From NCBI GenBank assembly GCA_009859145.1, contig VRVR01000022.1:186001-250000 (forward strand): DNA of 64,000 nt, read 5' to 3'. This DNA is from Andalucia godoyi And28. Its lineage: Eukaryota; Protista; Jakobida. Of the stretch, positions 62,863-64,000 are shown in pieces. Numbering within the stretch: the first letter of the stretch is position 1; the number at the start of each line of letters is the position of its first letter. Under the pieces are notes generated by a model. It saw only the letters and a list, made by a program, of their open reading frames with translations. It ran no database searches and was not told the DNA's origin. The translations under genes were made by a program, and so were the position numbers.

Positions 62863-64000
62863 GATTTGTTAGCCCATGCGTTGTTGCAGCATGCAGCTGC
62901 TGCAGCAGCTGCTGCGAGCGCACAAAGTGGAACAGCTGGAAACTCGAACCCAGCATTTCATCCCGCTTTAGGTCTTTTGAATCAGCCTCAGATGCAGCAA
63001 TTGGTTGCTGCAGCTGCAAAATCGCAACAAAATACTCAGCAACAGCAGCAGCAGCATCAACAGCAGCAACAACTTCAAGCGCAAGCACAGGGTCACAGTC
63101 AGCTTCATTCGCAGGCTCAGGCTCAGGCTCAGAATCCGCAAGGATCCATGGGCAATGCAATGGTCCCTGGTCTTGTGCCAGCAATGCCGACTGGTTCTGT
63201 GGGGAATCTCATGCAGCCGCTGCAAGCACAGCAGTTTTTGCAGAACCCTGCGTTAGCAGGTCTTCAGAATCTCAACATGAATCCTGCTTCGTTTCCTGAC
63301 ATGCAAGTACTTGCAGCTCTTCAGGCTGCACAGCCACATTTCAGCAAGAATCTGAATCAGAATGTTCAGCCTCCGGCGTCGATACAAGGAGGTTCTGCCA
63401 GTGCCCCGAATGTTTCGGCTCCCGTTCTGTCTTCTGCGCAGCTTGCCGCGCTATCTTCCATGAACGGCGGTCTCACGCCGCAGATTATCCAGCAGATTCA
63501 ACAGCAGCTGCAATCCCAAGCTTCAGCCGCTGTCGCGTCCGGTGCGCAGAATTCCTCTACTGCGGGCGGTAGTGGGTCAACTCCTAGTGGCAAAACTCCG
63601 ATGAACGCTGCGGTACTGGGGATGATGGGCATGAATCCTGTTGCGAATGCCGCTGCAGTCGCCGCAGCCGCAGCCGCCGCGGCGCTTCAGAATGGGAGTA
63701 CTCAGCGAGTCGCGCAAACCAATCCCACTGCTGTGTCAAGCGGCCTAGGAGCCGCAGGTCAGCCGAGCACTTCCGCACCGAACGCAGGAGTTAAACAGAA
63801 TGCAAATCGCAAAGTTTCCCCTGCTGAAATTCAGAAAGTGCAGCTGATGATCGAGCGTTGTTTACTTATGTATCTTACTCAGAATGAGACGACCGCGGCG
63901 TTGCAGTCTCAACACAGTGTTGATCCTGGTATTACCAACCTTGTGTGGTGCAAGTTGGAAGAGCAGAATCCAGAATTCTTTCGAGCATACCATCAACGAC
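62521..64000 (+). CDS. Q/A/N-rich low-complexity protein with a C-terminal A_thal_3526-type helical domain; runs off the window end
   Basis: Absent from the ORF track because there is no stop in the window. The frame is open from ATG 62521 to 64000 and ends 'EIQKVQLMIERCLLMYLTQNETTAALQSQHSVDPGITNLVWCKLEEQNPEFFRAYHQR', matching I..VQ.LIERCL..YM...E..........P..T..VW..LE..N.EFF.AY. Confidence 0.85.
62758..62862 (+). repeat. Coding CAA/CAG/CAT repeat (35-residue polyQ/H tract)
   Basis: Directly visible. Confidence 0.95.

Noticed and set aside
62626-63184. Poly-Leu / poly-Val antisense ORFs
   Set aside because: Reverse-strand readouts of the CAA/CAG polyQ tract.
1-64000. CRISPR arrays, rRNA genes, LTR/LINE coding remnants
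   Set aside because: No regularly spaced direct repeats with unique spacers, no rRNA-conserved segments, and no RT/integrase motifs seen by eye.

Overview
Eukaryotic, gene-dense, intron-poor genomic DNA from a flagellated unicellular organism. Basal-body and axoneme genes are present and peroxisomal, mitochondrial and lysosomal machinery is retained. A free-living protist such as a discoban is my guess; taxonomy cannot be fixed from sequence alone. About 28 protein-coding genes can be supported: SMYD-like (partial), WRAP73, ARM-like, WD40, HtrA protease, TRAPPC14-like, RPL7, HPS1, class I CPD photolyase, a small membrane protein, a giant kelch/coiled-coil protein, AXDND1-like, SNAPC1, PRP39, G-alpha, NSE4, TLK, His acid phosphatase, MDM35, a NAGPA-family glycosidase, an SDR, a LEA-like protein, PEX7-like, CEP350-like (5 exons including a 20-nt micro-exon), epsilon-tubulin, Twinkle and a polyQ protein with an A_thal_3526-type domain (partial). 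I reconstructed 13 GT-AG introns by hand; all have GTAYG donors. The stand-out unannotated element lies just downstream of Twinkle (about 60720-61100). It is a broken 3' remnant of a Fanzor/TnpB RNA-guided nuclease gene, overlapped by an apparently intact run of tetraloop-capped hairpins in the position expected for the omega-RNA scaffold. All family assignments come from motif recognition by eye; no database searches were run.
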